Positions 1-7,435 of a DNA stretch of 64,000 bases are shown here, one piece after another. The position numbers were made by a program, and so were the translations under genes. Numbering within the stretch: position 1 is the stretch's first letter; every line of letters starts with the position of its first letter. The stretch lies in NCBI GenBank assembly GCA_050259275.1, contig JBLNAI010000011.1, positions 1,151-65,150 of the forward strand. The letters are read 5' to 3'. Under the pieces are notes generated by a model, which had not been told where the DNA came from, made no database searches, and saw only the letters and a program-made list of their open reading frames with translations. The stretch comes from Acidobacteriota bacterium. GTDB lineage: Bacteria > Pseudomonadota > Gammaproteobacteria > Burkholderiales > Burkholderiaceae_C.

Positions 1-786
1 GAACCAGCCTGACGCCGTGGGGGCCGCGCCCGCGATCACGCCTGCGCAATGCGTGCCGTGCCCTTTGTCGTCGCGCCACCATTCGAAGGGGTCTTGGCCG
101 TCGAGGGTGTTGAATCCTCCGGCCACGGCCACGCTGCCGCCACATGGGTCGACGCCTGAGTCGATCACGGCAACCTTGACACCGGCCCCCGCCATGCCGG
201 TGCGAGCCCAGAACTCGCTGGTGCCCAGCAGGGCGTGAATCCAGGCGCTGTCACGGCCCGGCATCAACGGCCGCAAGGTCACGGCGAGTTGATCGATCCA
301 CTGATCTTGCTCGGGGCGTGTCAGCACACGCGACCAATGGGTGTGTCGCGGTGAAATGATCACCTGCTCCAATGCCTGCTCGCGAACCACGATGCGGGCC
401 AGGCCGTCCGCATCGGTGTGGGCCCTGTAGCCGACCCCTGCAGCCAGCGCGTAGATCGAACAATCGGCCACCCCCTGGCCGTTTGAATCGACGACCTGAA
501 TGCACACTTCACGCGTCGCGGCTTGCGCGTCGACCATGGGTGGCAGCCCGGGCATGCCCAGCAGGCACAGAGGCTGGTCCTCTTCGATCGGGACATCGGT
601 GTGCCGATGGCGAAAGGCCTCGATCTCGTCGTCGGCCATTTCAACCACCTGGCGACGGGGGCTTGATCGATGGGGTGAGGCAAGCGCTGCCGGCCGCCTG
701 GGCGCAAAGTCTCGCAGCACTTTCAACGGTGCCTGGCCCGGTGGAGCCGCAGCCGGCTGGCTGATCAGGACCCGGCGGGTGGTCAT
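1..786 (-). CDS. S8 (subtilisin-like) serine peptidase, 3' part outside the window; no signal peptide
   Basis: Missing from the ORF track because it is edge-truncated. Manual translation from the ATG at 786 gives MTTRRVLISQP...GAGVKVAVIDSGVD...DDKGHGTHCAGVIAG, open to base 1. Catalytic Asp (VAVIDSG) and His (HGTHCAG) motifs are present; the Ser motif is off-window. Confidence 0.9.
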   Translation of the reverse strand, partial: MTTRRVLISQPAAAPPGQAPLKVLRDFAPRRPAALASPHRSSPRRQVVEMADDEIEAFRHRHTDVPIEEDQPLCLLGMPGLPPMVDAQAATREVCIQVVDSNGQGVADCSIYALAAGVGYRAHTDADGLARIVVREQALEQVIISPRHTHWSRVLTRPEQDQWIDQLAVTLRPLMPGRDSAWIHALLGTSEFWARTGMAGAGVKVAVIDSGVDPCGGSVAVAGGFNTLDGQDPFEWWRDDKGHGTHCAGVIAGAAPTASGWF

Positions 787-806
787 GGCTGTGGCACCCC
801 GCCCTG

Positions 807-1604
807 TCAACCGTATTGCACGCCCAGCGCCTGCAGGCGTTGTATGAGGGCGCTGTCTGGTATCGAGGCTTCAGCGGGGCCGATGAACAGGGTGCTGGCA
901 GCTGACAGATCGATGTGGTGCAGGTAACCCAGGGCCACGGGTGTCAGGCGCGGCTTGCAGCCAAAGTGCACCGCGGCCTCGTACACGATGGCCTGGTGAC
1001 CCAAGGGATAGCGGGTGCCCAGCTTCTCGATCAGGAAGGGCATCAGCGGCGTCGGATACCGGCCCTCTGATCGGTAGTGCCCATTGCCCAGGATGCCGAT
1101 CTGCCACAGCACCAGCGCGCTGGCTGGGTCCATGGCCCGGTTGTTGAAGAGAAAGTCGGTCGCCTCATAAGACAGGCAGCCGGTGGCGGCCGGGTCGATG
1201 CAGATATCGGCAAACAGACAGTCTTCGGCAGACACACCGGGCAGCATCACCGCGCTGTAGCCTTCGGCCCGAGCCCGTTTGATCGACTCATGCGAGGGAT
1301 AGACGAACACGCCGGGGTGACCGTAGAACACCGCACAGACGCGTTCGCCAGCGCGCACGCAGGCCAGCACGCGTTCGACCATGGCCTCGTAGGTGGCCAG
1401 TCGGTCCTGGCCCTCGCCATACAGAACCTGCAGCGACTCGGCGGTGTCGTTCAGGTCGTGGATGGCACGCTCCGCCACCGGATCGCCGACCACGTACAGC
1501 ACCCGATCGGCTGCGCGGATCCAGGCGATCGACTCGGTGGTCATCTGCCCGACCGTCCGCAGACCGGTGCCCACCACCACCAATTGACCCTTGTTGGCGC
1601 TCAT
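807..1604 (-). CDS. Borosin-type peptide backbone alpha-N-methyltransferase (split borosin NMT, SonM/OphMA-like; TP_methylase fold)
   Basis: Motifs GQLVVVGTG, LYGEGQDRLATYEAMV, FYGHPGVF, LPGVSAEDCLFAD, SYEATDF, LWQIG and IVYEAA. Y62/R68/Y72/Y94 match the spacing of OphMA Y66/R72/Y76/Y98. Confidence 0.9.
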   Translation of the reverse strand: MSANKGQLVVVGTGLRTVGQMTTESIAWIRAADRVLYVVGDPVAERAIHDLNDTAESLQVLYGEGQDRLATYEAMVERVLACVRAGERVCAVFYGHPGVFVYPSHESIKRARAEGYSAVMLPGVSAEDCLFADICIDPAATGCLSYEATDFLFNNRAMDPASALVLWQIGILGNGHYRSEGRYPTPLMPFLIEKLGTRYPLGHQAIVYEAAVHFGCKPRLTPVALGYLHHIDLSAASTLFIGPAEASIPDSALIQRLQALGVQYG

Positions 1605-1873
1605 GGCGAGACTCCCTTCATCATGGCCTGCTCGATGGCCGCCGCTTCGCGAGAGGTCAGGGCTGCGATGTCCTCTTCCGACAAACCCTCTTGTGCAAAA
1701 AAGCCCATCGGATCCTTGATCAGTTGATACAGCAAATCGGTGTCCACACTGACGCGCGCAAGAAAGCGAGTGAGCGAGGCGGCTTCCTGCACCGAGGGCA
1801 CGGCGCTGGTGGCTGCCTGTGGGCGGGTGGCGGCGCTCCCGGCTTGATCAGGGGATGAGTCGTCTGAGGCCAT
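1601..1873 (-). CDS. Possible separately translated in-frame 90-aa BBD-like protein (internal start within the PRMT ORF)
   Basis: AAGGAG lies 8 nt upstream of an in-frame ATG (aaggagacttcgccATGgcc), giving MASDDSS...AMMKGVSP. Confidence 0.45.
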   Translation of the reverse strand: MASDDSSPDQAGSAATRPQAATSAVPSVQEAASLTRFLARVSVDTDLLYQLIKDPMGFFAQEGLSEEDIAALTSREAAAIEQAMMKGVSP

Positions 1874-2863
1874 GGCGAAGTCTCCTTGGAGGGTCGAAGA
1901 TCGGGGTGCTGGCTGGGGTGCCATGCCGGGTCCGACCCGGGTGTCGTGGGATTGCCAGGGGCCCTCGTCGACGCTGACCGCCCAGGCCAGATCGCTGAGC
2001 CCAGGTTCGCGGGGCAGGCATGCCACCCGTGCATGCAGGTGTGATGAGGCAGGCAGCGTCAGGGTGCTTCGCAAGGGCAAGGTGAGCTGGCCCCAGTGGG
2101 TCTCTGGGTCCCAGGGTGCGTTGCGCAAGGTCACCGAAGGCGACAGCTCGGCCTCGAACCAGGCAACCAGCGCATTGGCACGGCCATCGCGCTCGATCTG
2201 AAAGTCCATGTCGGCCTCGAAGGGCGCCAGGGCGCAAGTCAGATCGTCGGTGCGGGTGTCGGTGGTCCACATCAGCTGTGGTGCGCTGATCAGGTCTTGT
2301 TCTCGAACCTGATAGCGTCGGCACAGCAGATCGTGTACCGATGCCTCGCTCAAGCCCGCCAGGTCCAGGCCCAGCCGGTTGTCGCGCAGGTAATCCAGGT
2401 CGCACTGGGTGGCCAGATGAGCGGGCGCGGCCCAGGCCTTGACCACTGAAGGAACCATGATGCCGCCGGGTTTGAGCCAGCGGTCCCGGGCGAGCAGGAC
2501 CGGGTAGAGCAGGTTTTCGTCGACCCCGATCGTGCCCAGCCACTCCGACACGATCAGGTCCACTTGCTCGGGCAAGCGGACGTGCTGCATGTCCGCTTCG
2601 ATCACCTGCACGACATGCCCGACACCATTGCGCTGAGTCAGCTCTCTCGCCAGACGGGCTACGGGCGTGCGCTCCACCGCGTACACCCGCGTCGCGCCCG
2701 CCTTGGCGGCCAACAGACTCAGCACACCGCTGCCGGCGCCCACATCGAGCACCACGCAACCCGGTTGTACCCATTCACGCAGCGCCGCCTCAAAGGCCTG
2801 CATGCGCGGCCCGTCGCGCAGCATCCAGCGGTGCACATCCAAAGTCTCGTAGGGCAATGTCAT
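1601..2863 (-). CDS. Protein arginine methyltransferase (PRMT)-like enzyme with a C-terminal borosin-binding-domain-like module
   Basis: Motifs HRWMLRD, VLDVGAGSG (SAM motif I), VYAVE, the double-E loop DLIVSEWLGTIGVDE, RDRWLKPGG and the THW loop PETHWGQ. The C-terminus LTRFL..DTDLL..DP..GLSEEDIAAL resembles a BBD/LigA helical bundle. ATG at 2863 has AGAAGG upstream; the stop overlaps the NMT start (ATGA). Confidence 0.8.
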   Translation of the reverse strand: MTLPYETLDVHRWMLRDGPRMQAFEAALREWVQPGCVVLDVGAGSGVLSLLAAKAGATRVYAVERTPVARLARELTQRNGVGHVVQVIEADMQHVRLPEQVDLIVSEWLGTIGVDENLLYPVLLARDRWLKPGGIMVPSVVKAWAAPAHLATQCDLDYLRDNRLGLDLAGLSEASVHDLLCRRYQVREQDLISAPQLMWTTDTRTDDLTCALAPFEADMDFQIERDGRANALVAWFEAELSPSVTLRNAPWDPETHWGQLTLPLRSTLTLPASSHLHARVACLPREPGLSDLAWAVSVDEGPWQSHDTRVGPGMAPQPAPRSSTLQGDFAMASDDSSPDQAGSAATRPQAATSAVPSVQEAASLTRFLARVSVDTDLLYQLIKDPMGFFAQEGLSEEDIAALTSREAAAIEQAMMKGVSP

Positions 2864-2886
2864 GGATGAAAACCTTCTGCGCGAGT

Positions 2887-3561
2887 TCAATAGAACAGTG
2901 GGGGCCTGATCAGCGGTGGGCGAACCAGCAGGGGCGGGCGCACCAGCAAAGGGGGGCGCACCAACAGCGGTGGGCGGATCAAGGGCGGCCGGATCAGCGG
3001 GGGCCTGACCAGCAGCGGCGGCCGGATCAACGGTGGGCGCACCAGCAGAGGTGGGCGGATCAAGGGAGGGCGCACCAACAGAGGCGGACGAATCAGCGGG
3101 GGGCGCACCAGCAAGGGCGGGCGAATCAACGGAGGACGCACCAGCAGCGGCGGCCGGATCAGCGGTGGCCGAATCAGTGGGGGCGGTGGCGGGACGGGGT
3201 TGGGGTAGCCGCCGAAGCTGTCGTCATAGCTGCTGTAGTAGCCGCTACCGTAGCCGTAGGGGTCGCTCCAGCCGGCATAGGGGTCCTGTGCCTGACCGTA
3301 GGGGTCGGCATAGCCGCTGTAATCGGCGCCATATCCGGCACCCCAGTCGGCTTCCTGGCCCCCTTGGCCACCTTGGCCATAGGGGTCGCCACCGCCACTG
3401 TAGTCATAGCCGGCCTGCGCGTAAGGATCGGCGCCATAGGGGTCGGCATAGGCAGCATAGGGGTCGCTGTACTGCGATGCGTCATAGCCTTCGTAACCCG
3501 TGGGAGCGGCGTTGTAGGGGTCGCTGTACGGGTCGTAGCCATAGGGGTCGTAGTGAGACAT
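2887..3561 (-). CDS. Repetitive 224-aa putative RiPP precursor/substrate (acidic DPY block plus PPLIR/PPLLVR repeats)
   Basis: SD GAAAGGA lies 7 nt upstream of the ATG at 3561 (MSHYDPY). It is the first gene of the operon, and the repeats use varied synonymous codons. An upstream ATG at 3693 lacks a clear SD. Confidence 0.8.
   Translation of the reverse strand: MSHYDPYGYDPYSDPYNAAPTGYEGYDASQYSDPYAAYADPYGADPYAQAGYDYSGGGDPYGQGGQGGQEADWGAGYGADYSGYADPYGQAQDPYAGWSDPYGYGSGYYSSYDDSFGGYPNPVPPPPPLIRPPLIRPPLLVRPPLIRPPLLVRPPLIRPPLLVRPPLIRPPLLVRPPLIRPPLLVRPPLIRPPLIRPPLLVRPPLLVRPPLLVRPPLIRPPLFY
2890..3192 (-). repeat. Coding tandem repeat: 9x PPLIR and 8x PPLLVR, ending PPLFY
   Basis: Counted directly from the translation. 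The 15- and 18-bp units differ at third codon positions. Confidence 0.95.
3193..3561 (-). repeat. Low-complexity coding block with 10 DPY motifs (26 Tyr, 16 Asp, 2 Glu, no Lys/Arg in 123 aa)
   Basis: Counted directly from the translation. Confidence 0.9.
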
Positions 3562-3887
3562 GTCCATATCCTTTCGTGCACCATGGGTTGGGGGCGTCCT
3601 TTGGTCACGACGGGCGGATTCACGCTGACTTGGGCCGGGCCCTGAGCCTGCGCCCGGGTCCTTGGCCTTCTTCCTGGATTTCGATGTCGTCATGAGGCAC
3701 AGTCCAGATTGCGGAGAATCTGCCGGCCTGCAACATTCCTGACTGGCTACTACCCGTTGCAGTGTCGTCCGGACGATGATGCGGCGCGAATTCCGCCATC
3801 CGCAATCCCTAGCTTGTTGGCGGTTCTGTCATCCGTTTGACGCGCTGTCGCGTTGTAGGTCTGTGTCCCCTACCTGGCAGCAGGCTC

Positions 3888-4202
3888 ATGAACCGCCATA
3901 CCGAACAACAGTTGTTGAATTTCTGCGTCGCTCAACACGGTCGCTTCAATCCCGAAGCGTGGCAGAACCTCGAAGGGGTGGCCCCCGAGCAAAAGGCGTG
4001 CGCGATGCTGCTGCTGGCCAACGCCCGCTGGTACGGTCGGCTGTCCGAGTTGCGCGATCTGATCAGCCAATCACTGCCCAATCAGGGCGGCAATCCGGCC
4101 AGCCGGCTGAGCGAGTTGTCAGCGCGTGCTGGCTTCAATGGCGCGCGGTTCGTTAAACGTTTGCAAAACCTGTTGTGGCTAAGCACCGAGCCCAAGCGTT
4201 GA
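3888..4202 (+). CDS. Hypothetical protein (104 aa), divergent from the methyltransferase operon
   Basis: ATG at 3888 (MNRHTEQQLLNF...) fills the gap with protein-like composition; no family recognised. Confidence 0.6.
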   Translation: MNRHTEQQLLNFCVAQHGRFNPEAWQNLEGVAPEQKACAMLLLANARWYGRLSELRDLISQSLPNQGGNPASRLSELSARAGFNGARFVKRLQNLLWLSTEPKR

Positions 4203-4205
4203 GAG

Positions 4206-4240
4206 TTATCCCCGTGATCTGTGGATAACCTTGTTGGAAA
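4206..4240. promoter_or_regulatory. DnaA-box-like cluster
   Basis: TGTGGATAA at 4220-4228 is the exact reverse complement of TTATCCACA. An inverted degenerate TTATCCCCG lies at 4206-4214 and a weaker TGTTGGAAA at 4232-4240. Confidence 0.45.
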
Positions 4241-4423
4241 CTAGGGGGGAAGTGGCATTCTCCCTGGGTGGCGGCTTGCAGTGCTCCAAAATGCAGCAGG
4301 TTCATGACCACATCGGCTCCGGCAGCCCCCTGAAATGCCGGGACTATCTGTAGTGGAGGTGTCCAAAACTATGGGTAAGCTTGCAGGCTGGCCATTCTTC
4401 CCCGCCTGATTTCTGAGGACACA

Positions 4424-5386
4424 TTGACCGTTCCCCTTGCATTTTGGTTGACATTGCGCGCACTGGTTTTGAGCCTGCTGCTGGGCGCATGGCCATTTGC
4501 ACGCGCTTTTGCCGACGAGATGCCTCGCAACATCGCGGTGATCTATCCCGAGATCGGTGAGCCCTATCGATCGGTGTTCACCTCCATCATGGATGGGATC
4601 GAAGAACAGGCCAAAGGGCGCGTGACCGCGATCGCGGTGGGCGCCAATCCCAATACACAGGACATCGCCGGTGAACTGCACCGTCGCGACGTGCGCGCGG
4701 TCATTGCTTTGGGTCGCAATGGTTTGAAAGTGGCAACGGCGCTGGACCGGCAGTGGGGCGTGGTGGCTGGCGGGGTGCTGTCGGTGCCTGAATCGCAGGC
4801 GCGCGATTTCTCCGTTCACAGCCTGGCGCCCGACCCGGCTTTGCTGCTGGCCCGGCTCAAGACCCTGGTGCCGTCCGCGCGCCGCGTGATCGTCGTGTAT
4901 GACCCGCGCCAAAACGACTGGTTGATCCGATTGGCTCAAGAGGCGGCCAAATCGCAGGGGCTGGAGTTGTCCGCCTACGAGGCGCAAGACCTCAAGGGCG
5001 CGGTTCATCAATACCGTGAGGCGATGCAGGCCGCCGATCCCAAGAAGGACGTGTTGTGGTTGCCCCAGGACTCCACCACGGTGGACGATGCGGTGGTGCT
5101 GCCCATGGTTCTCGAAGACAGCTGGACGCGTGGACTGCCGGTGTTCTCCAGCAGCGTCAATCATGTCAAGCGCGGCGTGCTGTTCTCACTTTATCCCGAC
5201 AACGCTGAACTGGGGCGCGTGCTGGGCCGGGCCGCCCTGGGCTATGCCAATGGCGGCGCCTCGCAGCGGGGCGTGTGGCCCTTGAAGGAAGTCTTGCTGG
5301 CCGTGAACACGCGGACAGCCAATCACCTGGGCCTGAACCTGGATGCCCGGCGGTTGAGAGTTGACATGGTTTATCCGGAGCCTTGA
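4424..5386 (+). CDS. Periplasmic ABC-type substrate-binding-like protein (ABC_sub_bind family) associated with a sensor kinase
   Basis: Signal peptide ending ARAFA, motifs [40 protein letters not shown] precedes the TTG start. Confidence 0.75.
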   Translation: MTVPLAFWLTLRALVLSLLLGAWPFARAFADEMPRNIAVIYPEIGEPYRSVFTSIMDGIEEQAKGRVTAIAVGANPNTQDIAGELHRRDVRAVIALGRNGLKVATALDRQWGVVAGGVLSVPESQARDFSVHSLAPDPALLLARLKTLVPSARRVIVVYDPRQNDWLIRLAQEAAKSQGLELSAYEAQDLKGAVHQYREAMQAADPKKDVLWLPQDSTTVDDAVVLPMVLEDSWTRGLPVFSSSVNHVKRGVLFSLYPDNAELGRVLGRAALGYANGGASQRGVWPLKEVLLAVNTRTANHLGLNLDARRLRVDMVYPEP

Positions 5387-7434
5387 TGTTGGACCAAACA
5401 CAAAAAATGCTCCAGGGCCGACGACGAAGCCGCCTATGGGGCCAGCAGATGACGTTCAGGCGGCAGTTGAGTCTGGCTGTGGCCTTGGGCGTGCTGTGCC
5501 TGGCTTTGCTGTCCTCGCTGACCAGTGCCTGGCAAGGCAACCGGCAGATCTTTGACACCTTGCAGCAGCAGGGTCTGCGCGTTGCCTCGAGCATGGCCAC
5601 CCAGAGCGCGCTGGCCTTGCTGGCCGGTGCCCCTGAGAACGCGGACAACGCCGTGCGCGCCACCTTGTCCTTCCCCGATGTGTTGCGGGTCGAAATCTGC
5701 AATGCCGACGGCGGGGTGCTGATGGCCCGTGGCACAGCCGGCCTGGAAGTGACGGGCTTGCCCATGCCTCGGCCCTTGCCCCACGACGCCTTCCTGGAGC
5801 GAGAAACCGAAGACACCTGGCAATTTGTGGCGCCCGTCTGGATTCAGCCGGAGGCCTCGCCGTTCGAAGTCGTCGCCCCCAAGGAAAGCTACCTGGGATA
5901 TGTCCGCGTGGTGCACAGCAAGGCGACCTTGCAGCGCATGGCCACGCATGTGTTCTTTGCCAACTTGCTGATCTCGTTTTCGTTTGCGACCGTGTTCCTG
6001 CTGGTGATCCGGTGGCTGGCCGTGCGCTTGACGCAGCCCTTGAAAGACCTCTCGGGGGTGATGGCCCGCGCCGAGCGCGGCGAGGTGCAGGTGCGTGCGG
6101 AGGTCGAAGGCCCGCAAGACATCGCCGCCATGGCGCAGGCCTTCAATCGCATGATCTCGGCGCTGCAGGAGCGGGGCCAGGAGCTTCAGCGGCATCAGGA
6201 ACATCTGGAAGACGTGGTGCGGGAGCGCACCGGTGAGCTGCGAGACGCCAAAGACCGGGCCGAGGTGGCCAATCAGGCCAAAAGCACCTTCCTGGCCCGC
6301 ATGAGCCACGAACTGCGCACGCCGTTGAACGCCATCATGGGCTATGCCCAGTTGCTCAAGATTGGCGACGCACTGACTGAGCGCCAGAGCGTGGGCCTCA
6401 ATACCATCTACAACAGCGGTGAACATCTGCTGCTCCTGATCAACGACATCCTGGACCTGTCCAGCATCGAGGCCGGCAAGTTCCAGTTGTTCCCCCATCC
6501 CGTGCCCTCGGGCGACTTCTTCCGGGGCATTGCCGACATCATCCGCATCAAGTCGGACGAAAAGGGTGTCGGGTTCGAGTTGCAGATTGCACCTGATGTG
6601 CCAGCGGTGCTGAACATCGACGAAAAACGCTTGCGGCAGGTGCTGCTCAATCTGTTGAGCAATGCCGTCAAATTCACGCCCAAGGGGCGAGTGCGCCTGG
6701 GTGTCAGCAGCATGGGCCGGTCACCGCGCGGCGTGTATCGCCTGCGTTTTGAGGTGCAGGACACCGGCGTCGGGCTGGCGCCTGAAGATCTGGAGCGCAT
6801 CTTCGAGCCCTTCGAGCAGGCTGGCGATGGCAGCAGTCGAGCAGCGGGGACCGGCCTGGGGCTGGCCATCACCAGTCAACTGGTGCGCATGATGGGCAGC
6901 GAGATCAAGGTCGAAAGCCAGTTGGGATCGGGCAGCCTGTTCTGGTTTGATCTGCGCGTGTCGACGTCGGCGGATGCCTCTGCCGATCTGACCGAGCAGG
7001 CCGACGACACCATGGCCGCCGTGACCGGCTATGAAGGTCCGCGCCGCCAGATCCTGGTGGTCGACGATGTCTCGGCCAACCGCACGATGCTGGCGGACCT
7101 GTTGACTCCCCTCGGATTTGACGTGCGCCAGGCTTGTGATGGCCTGGACGCCCTGGCCCAGGTGCGCGATGTGGTGCCCGACCTGATCGTGATGGACGTG
7201 GTCATGCCCGAAATGGATGGCCTGACGGCGATGGCGCACCTGCGTCGCGACCCGGCACATGCCGCCATCCCCGTGATCGCCTTGTCCGCCAATGCGTCTC
7301 TGGTGGACCGGGATCGTGCCCTGGCGGCCGGCGCGGACGTCTTCATGCCCAAGCCGCTGGAGCGCGACCTGCTGTTGATGCAAATCGGCCGCTGTCTGGG
7401 CCTGGCCTGGCTGCGAGAAGAAGCCCCCCAGTGA
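5386..7434 (+). CDS. Hybrid sensor histidine kinase (2 TM, HAMP, HisKA, HATPase, REC)
   Basis: H box [17 protein letters not shown] box [11 protein letters not shown] boxes DTGVG and GTGLGL, receiver ILVVDD...MDVVMP...FMPKP. Coupled to the upstream gene by TGATG. Confidence 0.95.
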   Translation: MLDQTQKMLQGRRRSRLWGQQMTFRRQLSLAVALGVLCLALLSSLTSAWQGNRQIFDTLQQQGLRVASSMATQSALALLAGAPENADNAVRATLSFPDVLRVEICNADGGVLMARGTAGLEVTGLPMPRPLPHDAFLERETEDTWQFVAPVWIQPEASPFEVVAPKESYLGYVRVVHSKATLQRMATHVFFANLLISFSFATVFLLVIRWLAVRLTQPLKDLSGVMARAERGEVQVRAEVEGPQDIAAMAQAFNRMISALQERGQELQRHQEHLEDVVRERTGELRDAKDRAEVANQAKSTFLARMSHELRTPLNAIMGYAQLLKIGDALTERQSVGLNTIYNSGEHLLLLINDILDLSSIEAGKFQLFPHPVPSGDFFRGIADIIRIKSDEKGVGFELQIAPDVPAVLNIDEKRLRQVLLNLLSNAVKFTPKGRVRLGVSSMGRSPRGVYRLRFEVQDTGVGLAPEDLERIFEPFEQAGDGSSRAAGTGLGLAITSQLVRMMGSEIKVESQLGSGSLFWFDLRVSTSADASADLTEQADDTMAAVTGYEGPRRQILVVDDVSANRTMLADLLTPLGFDVRQACDGLDALAQVRDVVPDLIVMDVVMPEMDGLTAMAHLRRDPAHAAIPVIALSANASLVDRDRALAAGADVFMPKPLERDLLLMQIGRCLGLAWLREEAPQ

Positions 7435-7435
7435 C

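Noticed and set aside
807-1604. Annotation as a cobalamin/sirohaem tetrapyrrole methylase (CysG/CobA)
   Set aside because: It has borosin-specific motifs (YGHPGVF, SAEDCLFAD, LWQIG, YEAA), an adjacent BBD-like domain, and no cob/cys genes nearby.
1601-2863. Annotation as ribosomal protein L11 methyltransferase PrmA
   Set aside because: The double-E loop and THW loop are PRMT features, and there is no PrmA N-terminal substrate domain.
2890-3192. DNA repeat as a CRISPR array or VNTR
   Set aside because: Units are 15/18 bp, codon-phased, with no unique spacers and no cas genes; variation is synonymous.
3562-3693. 44-aa basic N-terminal extension (MTTSKSRKK...) of the repeat protein
   Set aside because: There is no convincing SD at 3693, whereas GAAAGGA precedes ATG 3561. 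It cannot be fully excluded and would change the charge-balance count.
2857-3695. Plus-strand ORFs 2857-3645 (QQRWADQG repeats) and 3033-3695
   Set aside because: These are antisense shadows of the repeat gene. The minus frame has an SD and fits the operon, and repetitive GC-rich DNA easily stays stop-free on the other strand.
3708-3726. Possible sigma-54 promoter (GG-N10-GC) for the methyltransferase operon on the minus strand
   Set aside because: The spacing is right (GGCAGATTCTCCGCA), but it lacks the TT before GC and the T before GG, so it is too weak to call.
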